This document shows, piece by piece, positions 19,950 to 30,470 of a stretch of 32,000 nucleotides of DNA (position 1 is the first letter of the stretch; every line of letters starts with the position of its first letter). Below the pieces are notes generated by a model, which did no database searches, was not told the DNA's origin, and saw only the letters and a list, made by a program, of their open reading frames with translations. Origin of the DNA: Raphidiopsis brookii D9 (lineage in GTDB: Bacteria > Cyanobacteriota > Cyanobacteriia > Cyanobacteriales > Nostocaceae); assembly GCA_000175855.1 (NCBI GenBank), contig ACYB01000007.1:60127-92126 (forward strand), given 5' to 3'. The translations under genes and the position numbers were made by a program.

Positions 19950-21037
19950 CTATTTAATGTTAGTTCTAAGATTAAAATAGACTCCCATAAATTAGTAATT
20001 TTGTCATTCTGTAATCTTTGTAATTGGGTTTTCCAGGTTTCAACCTGTTCTGCATCAACTAGTTTTGATATATCATTAGAACTCACCCAATCTTTGAGAT
20101 TTCGATAAAATTCTTTGCTATATTCCCAGTTACTATATTTCGCTAGAAAACCAGCTAATTTATGTAATACTGGATGACGATGTTGATGGACTTTTAGCCA
20201 AATTTGTGCTTCTGAAAAATCCCCTCTTTGCCAAGACGATTTTATCTTGACTTTTTCTAACGCCCAAAAATATTCGCCCATCGTAATCAGTTGAAAATTT
20301 TGGGAATGATTAGCAGTAACTAAACCATTTTCTAAAGTAGTAAAAAATTCCTTTGGTTCATCGGGAGTAGCATTAAATACTTGATATTGACGTACTAAAG
20401 CGGCCGCACAAATTTCTACATTAGAAGCAATTACGGGAGTACATCCTTTAGTTTGAATCCAGAGAACAAACTCTTGATTTTTGTTAGCACTGATAGCTTC
20501 TTTTAAAACCAGTTGTTCTAATTCTTCTCGAATTTCATCACTATTACCAGCATTAATTTTTGGGGCGTGAACATCAACTCTAATATCAGGAAATAAACTT
20601 TTAATTTTTCCTTTCATTAATTCTGCTAACCATAAGGTATCTAATCGGCGAAAGTTCCAAGTAATAGTTTCTGGTTGGTCTGTTCCCCATAGAATAATAT
20701 GTTTTAAGCCTTGTTTTACTCCTCCTTCAATGACAGTTTTATCTAGTAATAATTCAACATTACTAAAATCACCGCCTAACCATTCTTGACAGTAATCATA
20801 ATATCTTTGACCTAAATCTCGACCACTCCAGGGATAGGTTTTACCATCTTGGTCTTGATGTTTACCCCGTTCTATTCCTATTTGTTGATAGAGTTCGTTG
20901 ATATGTGGAGGATAGCTAATATTACCATCTGCACCAAAGGAACGAATAATACCGTCTTTGCAACGCCAACCTATTTGTCGAGTTCCTACGGTGATGATAA
21001 GGGTGCTAACTTTATCTGTATTATTGGTTATTTTCAT
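19934..21037 (-). CDS. csx1: CARF-domain part of a Csx1/Csm6-like type III ancillary protein
   Basis: The N-terminal beta-strand/Gly motif LIITVGTRQ and the later WIQTKGCTP are CARF-like. Its ATG overlaps the stop of the upstream cmr6-cmr1 gene (ATGA, 21034-21037), so it belongs to the same operon. Confidence 0.7.
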   Translation of the reverse strand: MKITNNTDKVSTLIITVGTRQIGWRCKDGIIRSFGADGNISYPPHINELYQQIGIERGKHQDQDGKTYPWSGRDLGQRYYDYCQEWLGGDFSNVELLLDKTVIEGGVKQGLKHIILWGTDQPETITWNFRRLDTLWLAELMKGKIKSLFPDIRVDVHAPKINAGNSDEIREELEQLVLKEAISANKNQEFVLWIQTKGCTPVIASNVEICAAALVRQYQVFNATPDEPKEFFTTLENGLVTANHSQNFQLITMGEYFWALEKVKIKSSWQRGDFSEAQIWLKVHQHRHPVLHKLAGFLAKYSNWEYSKEFYRNLKDWVSSNDISKLVDAEQVETWKTQLQRLQNDKITNLWESILILELTLNREIIP

Positions 21038-22917
21038 AGAGGAAAAATTTGCAGTTTATTTTGTAATGTTTCTAAATACCTCTTGCGGGGATTTTCAGTT
21101 GCACCAAAGACTGTCACTACTTGGTAATCACCTAAATTTGTAATCCATACTGGGGAAGGAATAACTCTATTACCTTGAGTTCTACCACAAAGATTACCGT
21201 CATATTTATTATTAAATTTTAGCTGATCACTATGTAAAACTGATAGGGCATAAGATTTACCGAATTTTTCATCTCCAGAACATACAAAGATGCGACAATT
21301 TGTGTCTATTGCTTCTGTCCATTGGTCATTTCTAACTATTCCACAAATTCTTAATTGTCGAGAATTAAAATTAACACCTAACGTTTGTAATGCTTCATAA
21401 AAATTCCTGATTTTCGTTCTGAATAATTCTTGAAATTGTCTAGTATTATCTGGTAAGTTCCAAAAATTATCATCACTTTCAGCAATTAAATTACAGCCAC
21501 GATCCCAAGGAGGACGGGGAGAATTACGATCTCGTCGAGAATATAATGGTCTTCTTGCACCTTGACCTATACCACCCAAATGAAACATTAACCAGGTGAG
21601 ATTTTTGATTAATTTCTCTAAGTTCTCTTTTTGAGACTGAGGAATTTCCGGTGAATAGTTTAATGTTAGGATACCTTCTTGCTCACCACATTCATCATTA
21701 TTTCTTTGGGCTTCTTTTTGATTAATCTTTCCTTCTAAAACTCTGACCATTAACCAGCCATATTGTTTACTAGGGTTAATACCACCAAATATTTGATTTT
21801 CCCATTCTTGAACTTGACCAGTTTCTAAAACCCCCAATGCAAAACTTCTGAACCAATAGCGTAACATTGATTTAAAGGCAACTGGGCGAACTTCAGGAGT
21901 ATTTATTGTATCGGGTCTTAAACTTCCATTATTATTTCTTTTGTAAGGTTGGTTAACATTTCTAAACCTCTGTCTACCATGAATTAACTGACCTTCTATA
22001 ATAAATTTAACTCTAAAAAATTCATTGTTATTTTCAAGTTTCCCTGCGGGATTTAATTGACCATAACCAGTGTTTACTTGAGAACCAACACCAGCTTGTA
22101 ACCCTTTTATTAACCACTGTTTGACCTGTTCTAATATTTCCTTATCCTGACAATTACTAGCTAACCTTAACCCTATGGTAAACATGGGTTTTTCTAAACT
22201 TAAAAATGGGTTAGGATTGGGGCTATATTTAGGTGTATTATTATCCCACTGCCAAATATTATTAGCCATATCAACAGCTAATACATTTTGTTTTTGGTTT
22301 GGTAAAGGATAAGCGTCTAAAAATACAACTTTACCCGCTTGATCTTTTTTATTATTAGTTTCTACAGAACCAAAATAGAAGGCAATTTGTTTCTCCGCTT
22401 CTTGCCATTCAATGTTGTTTTTAGCCATGATTTCCCGGATGGCTTGGGTTCTGGCTACACCCCGTAAGCTGCTAGAGGGAATATAAGGAATACCTAAAGC
22501 ATCAAAAGCGGGTAATAAAATACTTTCTGGTCCTCTATGTCCACCTACTCTAATTCTCCAAGGACATTGAACTTTAAAACTTTTTTGGGCTATTAATTCA
22601 GTACGTTCTGTTAGTTGTTGTAATCGCTGGTAATATTTTGACCCCTGTTCGGCCATTTGTAATATTTGTACTTTAGTGGGGTCCTTATAATCATGATTGG
22701 GCGATGCAGTTCGCATCCAACGCAAATACTCTACAAAACTAGCATCTGTATGTGGTTTAGGTTCATTGTCTGCATCTAACCAGGGAGACGGAATAGCAGG
22801 TTGATTACCGCCGTTACCACCGTTATTATTTCCTCCATTGCCACGATTACCGCCACCACGACCACCTCTATTATCATTAGCTGGAGGATTATTTATATTA
22901 GGTCTTTCAAATACCAT
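21034..22917 (-). CDS. cmr6: RAMP fusion protein: Cmr6-like N-terminal half plus Cmr1-like C-terminal half
   Basis: First half: WRIRVGGHRGPESILLPAFDALGIPYIPSSSLRGVAR, GKVVFLDAYP, VGSQVNTGYGQL (Cmr6 pattern). Second half: PEVRPVAFKSMLRYWFRSF, ENQIFGG, FHLGGIGQGARRP (Cmr1 pattern). The ATG at 22917 is preceded by AAGGAG. An alternative ATG at 22938 overlaps the end of cmr5. Confidence 0.75.
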   Translation of the reverse strand: MVFERPNINNPPANDNRGGRGGGNRGNGGNNNGGNGGNQPAIPSPWLDADNEPKPHTDASFVEYLRWMRTASPNHDYKDPTKVQILQMAEQGSKYYQRLQQLTERTELIAQKSFKVQCPWRIRVGGHRGPESILLPAFDALGIPYIPSSSLRGVARTQAIREIMAKNNIEWQEAEKQIAFYFGSVETNNKKDQAGKVVFLDAYPLPNQKQNVLAVDMANNIWQWDNNTPKYSPNPNPFLSLEKPMFTIGLRLASNCQDKEILEQVKQWLIKGLQAGVGSQVNTGYGQLNPAGKLENNNEFFRVKFIIEGQLIHGRQRFRNVNQPYKRNNNGSLRPDTINTPEVRPVAFKSMLRYWFRSFALGVLETGQVQEWENQIFGGINPSKQYGWLMVRVLEGKINQKEAQRNNDECGEQEGILTLNYSPEIPQSQKENLEKLIKNLTWLMFHLGGIGQGARRPLYSRRDRNSPRPPWDRGCNLIAESDDNFWNLPDNTRQFQELFRTKIRNFYEALQTLGVNFNSRQLRICGIVRNDQWTEAIDTNCRIFVCSGDEKFGKSYALSVLHSDQLKFNNKYDGNLCGRTQGNRVIPSPVWITNLGDYQVVTVFGATENPRKRYLETLQNKLQIFPL

Positions 22918-22921
22918 AATC

Positions 22922-23317
22922 TCATTCTCCTTTAACATCTGCGTAAATTGCTGTTGCCCAAAAACTAAATTCCTGCGCTAAAGCTAATCCCAAACCTGTT
23001 AAACCTAAATAATCATCTGTACTCACATTCTTTAAAGTTTCTAAACCCTGTTGTCCAGATAAATTCTGTCTTCCTGAAATAGTTTGTAAACATTCAAAGA
23101 ATTTTTGTACTACTTGTTTTTTGCCCATCATTCCATCAGGTAATGCCATTTCTTCAGCTTTTAATCGCATTATTCCCCAAGTGGAAAGATAGGTATATAG
23201 TTCCACTGCTTGACTTTTTTGTTGTTTTAAACGAGTGTCATCTTGATTGGGTAAATTACGCAAAGTATTCAAAGCATCATAAATTGGTGTAGCAATTGTT
23301 CTAGGGTCAAATGTCAT
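22922..23317 (-). CDS. cmr5: Small-subunit (Cas11/Cmr5-like) protein
   Basis: A 131-aa, apparently all-helical ORF in the canonical slot between cmr4 and cmr6. The call rests mainly on size and position. Confidence 0.55.
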   Translation of the reverse strand: MTFDPRTIATPIYDALNTLRNLPNQDDTRLKQQKSQAVELYTYLSTWGIMRLKAEEMALPDGMMGKKQVVQKFFECLQTISGRQNLSGQQGLETLKNVSTDDYLGLTGLGLALAQEFSFWATAIYADVKGE

Positions 23318-23319
23318 AA

Positions 23320-24116
23320 TTAATCCTTATTTTGTATCCATTGTTGAACAAAACCGCGTCCTAAACTTTCTTGTCCTCCTATTTGTAATATTTCCTTATC
23401 TGCTAACAAATTTTTAAAATCTTCTTGATAAGATTGTTCAGATTCTTTATTAGCTTGTGATGTGATTCCCCAAGGTAAATACATTAATGTATCCGGTGGA
23501 ATTGCTTCTTCATAACGGAAACCACCATCTACTGATTTATGGTCATCAAGTTTAATTTTTACTTGTCTCCATAAACTCATTTGAATTAATGTGGCACAAT
23601 GTTTATCTGGTAATACTAATAACCGATTTAGAGAAACAGTGCTATCATGTTTTGGTACAAATTGTTGTAAATTATTTCCTGGTTGTAATTGTTTTGCTCT
23701 AATAATTGCATCTTTTAGATAAACCGCAGCATTATTATTAAAGTTACAACTATATTCTGAAGGTATTGGTGTTGGTGATTCATCACCTTGTAAACGTTGC
23801 CAACGTTGTAATAAAAGAGGACAACTTACCCAAACTACACTATGACTTAATGACGGTACTGGCAACCATAATATAGAAGCATCCCCAATCCAAATATTAC
23901 CCTGTTTTAATTGTTGAGCATCTTTTAAGTCGTTGCCAAATAGTTCATCTTTTAGGTTTTGATCTGTAGCTAATGAACGCAATTTACCTCGCACTGTACT
24001 AGACGGAACATAGGGTAAATTAGTATGTGATTCACGGGCAATTCCTAATAAGTTACCCTCTTGAGTTGTGCCACCTGTATGTAATGGTGAAAGTAGATAT
24101 AAATAGATGTATTCCA

Positions 24117-24117
<1 letters not shown>
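23320..24117 (-). CDS. cmr4: Cmr4 (Cas7-family RAMP backbone subunit)
   Basis: LSPLHTGGTTQEGNLLGIARESHTNLPYVPSSTVRGKLRS and the C-terminal QIGGQESLGRGFV match the Cmr4 RAMP pattern. The start overlaps the cmr3 stop (TAATG). Confidence 0.85.
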
Positions 24118-25610
<1,493 letters not shown>

Positions 25611-25618
<8 letters not shown>

Positions 25619-28244
25619 TTACCATTCCGTAAATTACCCGCACTTGTACAGCGTCTTTTTTCTTCTCCTCACCATCTTTAAAATAAACATGATCTTTGGC
25701 TTTTTCTTCCGCTTCCCAGAGACTTTCTAAAGCTATTGCTAAGGGTACGGAATGATGGGCAATTACCATACCAAAGCTAATAGTGGCCTCACTTCCCATT
25801 GTAAATAATGGGCGGTCAACTAAACCAACTTGCAGAAGATTATCTTTTAAATATTTCCAATAATCCCCATTATTACTAAACTCTCCATGAGGGTCTTTTG
25901 CACCTTTAAAACATTGGCGGATATCCCATAACCAATTATCCCATTCCCAGAGATTAGTATAGGCTAAAACGTCATCACCACCACCATAAATTAATCTACC
26001 TGCATAACGGTTTTGGGTTAAATAGGGAACTAATTGATTAGAAAAATCTAATAATGCCCTACTTAATGCACTGTGGGTACTTGGTCCCATTCTTTTGGTG
26101 AGATCTAAAAACTTTGGAAAGTTAGTTAATGTAACTTTTTCCTCAAAACCATCGGGAACATATTCACGGTAGGGTTTCATTTTTGAACCCTTTAACCATT
26201 CACTCATACCATCACCATCACCTGCAGCTAACACATACCAATCCGATGGGTTGTTTTGAGGATAATGTTCACTGAGAATCTGATTAATCTCTTTGGTATA
26301 TTCTGCTTTTAATTCCTGACTGTTAGGTAAATCTTCTAAAATCCAACCTGCATTAAGTAAGCGGGGATGGTATTTTTTAGGATTTGGTTTTTTATCAATC
26401 CAAGGAATACCCCATTTACCTCTCATTTCTGTGAGTGTATTTTCAAGTTTAGGGTACTTATCAACTATTGCTTGACAAGCTTTTTCAAAATTTAGTTTAT
26501 GTCGTGTATCTCCAGCATTAACTTTCAAATATCCTGCTACACCTGATGTTAAATCTGGATAGGATGCTGCAATATCTTTTTCTTCGATTCCCAATAAGTT
26601 AGGTAAAATTTTGTGTAAACCACGTTTTAACACTTCCGTAGCATTTAGTTGTTCTGTTCCATCAAAAAAACCTGCATCATGGTTTCCCCATAATTCCTTG
26701 GTATCACCTTCTGTCATCCAGTCTTTTTTATCCTTACCAGGATTTACCACCGGACCAATACCAGAAATTGTCGAACGTGGTCCAAAAGCTGTGGGGAGTT
26801 CCCAATTTCTAGCGTTTTTAACTGATGCTAAACTAGCGCGGGTAGCATCGAAAATGTAAGCCCACCATGAACCAACATTAGCACTAAATCCTCTTTTGTA
26901 TATCTTTTGACGAACTTCATAGGATTCTTGCAATAAATCTTTTTCTTCTTCCTTAAACAGCCGATTTTTATTGTTAACTAGATTGTACGTTTCATTTTGT
27001 GTTGTTGACCAGCTTTCAAATTCTTGATTCTTATTTTTGTCAGCGGAAAATTTAAACTCTGTTCCTGATTTACCTATGGGTAATGCTGTCCAATAGGTTT
27101 GCCATTGGGATTTTAACCAACCTTGCCAACTATTGTGATCTGGTTTTAATTGTCTCATCCAATGACGTTCATTTTGTAATTCATTTAATACTAAATCACC
27201 AATTGTTAACCATTCTTCCAATAGCGCTTGCTGGGCTGTTTGCATGGCTGCTTGTACCTTGCCTTCTGGTAAGACCAATACTATCACATTAGGAAACCCA
27301 GCGGTTAATAATGATTTTGGTGATGGTTGATTTATATATGGCGAAAAATCTCGATATTGTTGTATTAACCAATAATCAATTAACGGCTGTTCATATAAAC
27401 TGGGATACAGTAAAGTATCAGGTCCATATTGATTAGCAAGTTTCCAACAAACTTTAGCTGATAGATAATGTAATAACCAAGAACCTGCCCAAAAATCCCG
27501 CATTTTGCGACTAGATTTAATTAATTCCTGTACAGGACTAAAACTAAATACCGCCAGATAAGGATGAGAAACTTTTTTTCCTCTTGGCCAGTTTTTAACT
27601 TCATCTAATGTTAAATCATATCCGGCAAAACCACCAGCTAAGGCTGATGTCATACTAACATGACTCCAAATAGAAGCATCGGGAATCCTGGTTTCTGCTG
27701 GCATTAACATTAAAGAACTATCTTCAAAGATATCACAGGTGACTTTAGGTAAACAACGCCATAACCACCAATATAATTCTTTAATTTTAGGAATATTGTT
27801 TTCAATATCTTCTTGGAATTTTTGTGGCGCTGTCTCTAATATTTCCAACAATCTTTTTTCTTTTTCAAATAAAAAATCTGCACGGCTACCAGTAACTAAT
27901 TGCTGATGAAAATTAACTTTAAAATCTTGTTTAGACCCGGACAATAAATGTCTAATTTCTAATCCTTTGTTAGGGTTATTATCTTCTGCATAGTTGATAG
28001 ATTCTGTAGTCCCACCGATAGCTGATCTATCACTCGCTGAAGCAACATGATCTGCAAATAATATGTTTGCTAATGCTTTACCACGTGAATCTTCGGGGGT
28101 TTTACCTGTCTCAACCCAAGGTTTCATAACTTCTAATTGTTTATAGAAGCTATTTTTACCCCGTCCGCTATTGTTATGTAATGCCTTTAATATGGGGTCA
28201 TGTAGTAAACCCCAAATCTTAGCCCGCCAATATTCTTCCGACAT
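25611..28244 (-). CDS. cas10: Cas10/Cmr2 large subunit (HD nuclease plus cyclase/palm domains)
   Basis: N-terminal HD motifs (KIWGLLHDP, FADHVASASDR), palm-1 AAGDGDGMSEWL and the cyclase motif RLIYGGGDDVLAY. Confidence 0.9.
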
Positions 28245-28274
28245 CAGTGATTCCCCTATCTAGCTGATGTTTGT

Positions 28275-28304
28275 ATTGTAATGGCGGGATTTAGTATTTG
28301 TCTA
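28275..28304 (-). promoter_or_regulatory. Weak candidate promoter for the cmr operon
   Basis: On the minus strand: TAGACA (28299-28304), an 18-nt spacer, then TACAAT (28275-28280). It is about 30 nt upstream of the cas10 ATG in an AT-rich tract. Confidence 0.25.
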
Positions 28305-28741
28305 TTAATTGACAATATTTAATTTTCAATATAAATCAGCTTGAAATCTTTTGTTTATAAGCCTTTGGGCTGTTTGTTTGGTTTTATCAAGAATATTTTT
28401 TATTTTTTGACATTAATTGCAAATTGTGTATTCTTATCCCGATTTGTTCATACCCAGATTTTATTAGCTTAACCGACAGAAGACAGAAACCCCACATCTC
28501 ACTCTTAGGAGCGTGGGATGAATGACGCGTGAGTTGACGACAGTTCCCTGACTGATGTGCGTAGCACCAAGGAAGGGAACGGAAAGGCTTTGCGTCTATA
28601 TTTTGTCGTTAAAACTAGATGTACGGTCACTGACCGACCTTCCCTTCGAGACAAAATCATTCAAAACCAGCAACTAAAAACCCTGAAACCCTTCATTTTC
28701 CCTGACCTTCGGCCAACGCCACACTTTAGTATCAGAAATCA

Positions 28742-29023
28742 CTAAACAATAATCGAACCCGGAGGTTCAATCACAGGAACACCCATCCCCCAAATTTCCA
28801 CCTGGGTAAGAGTATGTCTCGATAAAGGATAAAACCTAACATTATCCTCCTCCAACTTGACAATTTTCCTTAACCGACAACGTAAATCATTGTACTTTTT
28901 CGTATTTAACTGACATTCAAACACAGAATACTGTACGCGCTGACCATATCCTTCTAATAAATCAGCTATTTTTTTACGTCTTTTATCATTAGGAATATCG
29001 TAGGAAATCACATACAAAAACAT
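28742..29023 (-). CDS. cas2: Cas2 endoribonuclease (adaptation)
   Basis: MFLYVISYDIPNDKRRKKIADLLEGYGQRVQYSVFEC is the Cas2 ferredoxin-fold N-terminal signature. The ATG at 29023 is preferred to the TTG at 29047. Confidence 0.85.
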   Translation of the reverse strand: MFLYVISYDIPNDKRRKKIADLLEGYGQRVQYSVFECQLNTKKYNDLRCRLRKIVKLEEDNVRFYPLSRHTLTQVEIWGMGVPVIEPPGSIIV

Positions 29024-29043
29024 AACACAAATATCAGAAAAAA

Positions 29044-29706
29044 TCAATCAATTTGATATGGTTTATAATGATGACTAGGATTATAAACAAACTGTTTATA
29101 ATTCCTAACTTGTTGAGTTAATAAATCCCACTTTGGTTGTTTTCCATCATTAGTTTGTATTTCTTCCGTCATCCTTTGTAAAAACCCCCGTAAAAACTTT
29201 TTCCTACCTGAATCGTTTAAATAACACCCCCCATTTTTAAATTGAAAATCTCCTTTAACATCCATAATATTCCGATTAATTAACCACATTACTAACGAGT
29301 CTACCAACGGTGCGCGGAACTCCTCAATTAAATCAGAAGCTAAGGCCGCATGACCATCATTTGCCTGGTGTAAACAAGCATAATAGGGGTCTAGTCCCTG
29401 AACTTCAATTAATGCTAAAAGATGATTCCAAAGCACTTGATACCCAAAACTTAACATCGCATTTACCGGGTTTCCCGGTGGACGACGACTACGACCAGAA
29501 AACACAAAATCAGGGTTAGTCAAACATTCACTAAAAACAGAGAAATATTGAGCAGCACCAGTACCTTCAAAACCCATTAACCGTTCCCATGTATCAGCCT
29601 GTACCGCTTGTTCTGCTAAATAATCTAAACTTTGTAATGTCCTTTCTAACGTCTCAGACTCTCTTTTTTTTCTTTGTCTCCTTAATAAAATTCTACTATT
29701 TTCAAC
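29044..29706 (-). CDS. cas1: Cas1 integrase, C-terminal two thirds (out of frame with the N-terminal part)
   Basis: The frame is open from 29706 and reads VENSRILLRRQRKKRESETLERTLQSLDYLAEQAVQADTWERLMGFEGTGAAQYF.., NAMLSFGYQVLWN, ALASDLIEEFRAPLVDSLV (Cas1 catalytic-core pattern). Confidence 0.85.
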   Translation of the reverse strand, partial: VENSRILLRRQRKKRESETLERTLQSLDYLAEQAVQADTWERLMGFEGTGAAQYFSVFSECLTNPDFVFSGRSRRPPGNPVNAMLSFGYQVLWNHLLALIEVQGLDPYYACLHQANDGHAALASDLIEEFRAPLVDSLVMWLINRNIMDVKGDFQFKNGGCYLNDSGRKKFLRGFLQRMTEEIQTNDGKQPKWDLLTQQVRNYKQFVYNPSHHYKPYQID

Positions 29707-30032
29707 TTACCTTTGACAATTGCTCTAGCTGTAATTAACCTGTCTACAGGGGATAATTCTTGTTGATAACGTGATAACTGTCTATAACCCCTAGAAATTG
29801 GTAAAATTCTGCCGTAGCAGTAACCCATCCTTGATAAATAGGCAATGGGAATATCACGCCATAAACAAGCACGGATGACTTGGGTGGTTATTTGCGATCG
29901 CCCAAAAATTAAAATCTGTTCCAACAAAGGTAACTGTACTTCAACATGTACAGTGTCACCCTGTTTAACAATCAAAGTTTCCTTTTGTAAACATACATAA
30001 CAATTTTGCTCAGAAATATAAAGGGTCTGCAT
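29682..30032 (-). CDS. cas1: Cas1 integrase, N-terminal third
   Basis: MQTLYISEQNCYVCLQKETLIVKQGD.. is a typical Cas1 N-terminal beta-domain. The frame ends ..AIVKGKLK then IVEFY*, while the expected continuation NSRILL.. is in the adjacent frame. The break is at T4 29699-29702. Confidence 0.85.
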   Translation of the reverse strand: MQTLYISEQNCYVCLQKETLIVKQGDTVHVEVQLPLLEQILIFGRSQITTQVIRACLWRDIPIAYLSRMGYCYGRILPISRGYRQLSRYQQELSPVDRLITARAIVKGKLKIVEFY

Positions 30033-30304
30033 TAACGCCACCAACGTTGTAAATTGGATTTTCGGGAACGCTGCTCACTTTCAGTACCAGATGTTAACTC
30101 TGCATTTTGCTCTAGTTCTAACCACAACACAATTCTATCCGCTATACTGCAAACTAAATAAGTAGAAAAAGTTACCAACAAAGTATTAATAATCACAGCA
30201 GCTAACCCCAAGGGTGCAATGAGCAGAATCACCAAAGTAATACCACCATTAACAGTAGAGACAGAAACATTTCTGACAGTAGCAAAACGTCGAGAAATAT
30301 ACAT
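30032..30304 (-). CDS. Small predicted two-pass membrane protein, translationally coupled to cas1
   Basis: 90 aa with an ATG start and two hydrophobic stretches (GGITLVILLIAPLGLAAVII; TLLVTFSTYLVCSIADRIVLWL). Its stop overlaps the cas1 ATG (TAATG at 30030-30034). I recognise no family. Confidence 0.45.
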   Translation of the reverse strand: MYISRRFATVRNVSVSTVNGGITLVILLIAPLGLAAVIINTLLVTFSTYLVCSIADRIVLWLELEQNAELTSGTESEQRSRKSNLQRWWR

Positions 30305-30470
30305 AATGTGAAAAAACTTGACATAAAAGTGATGGCCTTGACTAGCATAACTTTGGAGTTACCGAAAAACCAGGAAAAGAAGATAAACTAAATTATTACT
30401 ATAATTGTTTAAAAACCTATACTAGTAGTACTTACAGCCAAATTCTGAAAACTGGCTAAATATTTTCTTT

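Noticed and set aside
19732-21143. + strand ORFs opposite the csx1/cmr6 genes (19732-19926, 20849-21127, 20958-21143)
   Set aside because: These are shadow ORFs in AT-rich sequence opposite well-supported minus-strand cas genes.
28556-28600. GTGCG motif suggesting a group II intron 5' end
   Set aside because: I could find no domain V/VI-like sequence, no intron-encoded reverse transcriptase ORF and no matching 3' boundary.
28245-28741. A CRISPR array downstream of cas2
   Set aside because: No unit of 25-40 nt recurs at regular spacing. Only short (8-9 bp) direct or inverted repeats are present.
28557-28745. 62-aa + strand ORF in the cas2-cas10 gap
   Set aside because: It has no recognisable family and lies across the hairpin-rich segment. 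It overlaps the cas2 stop on the opposite strand. Most likely a chance ORF.
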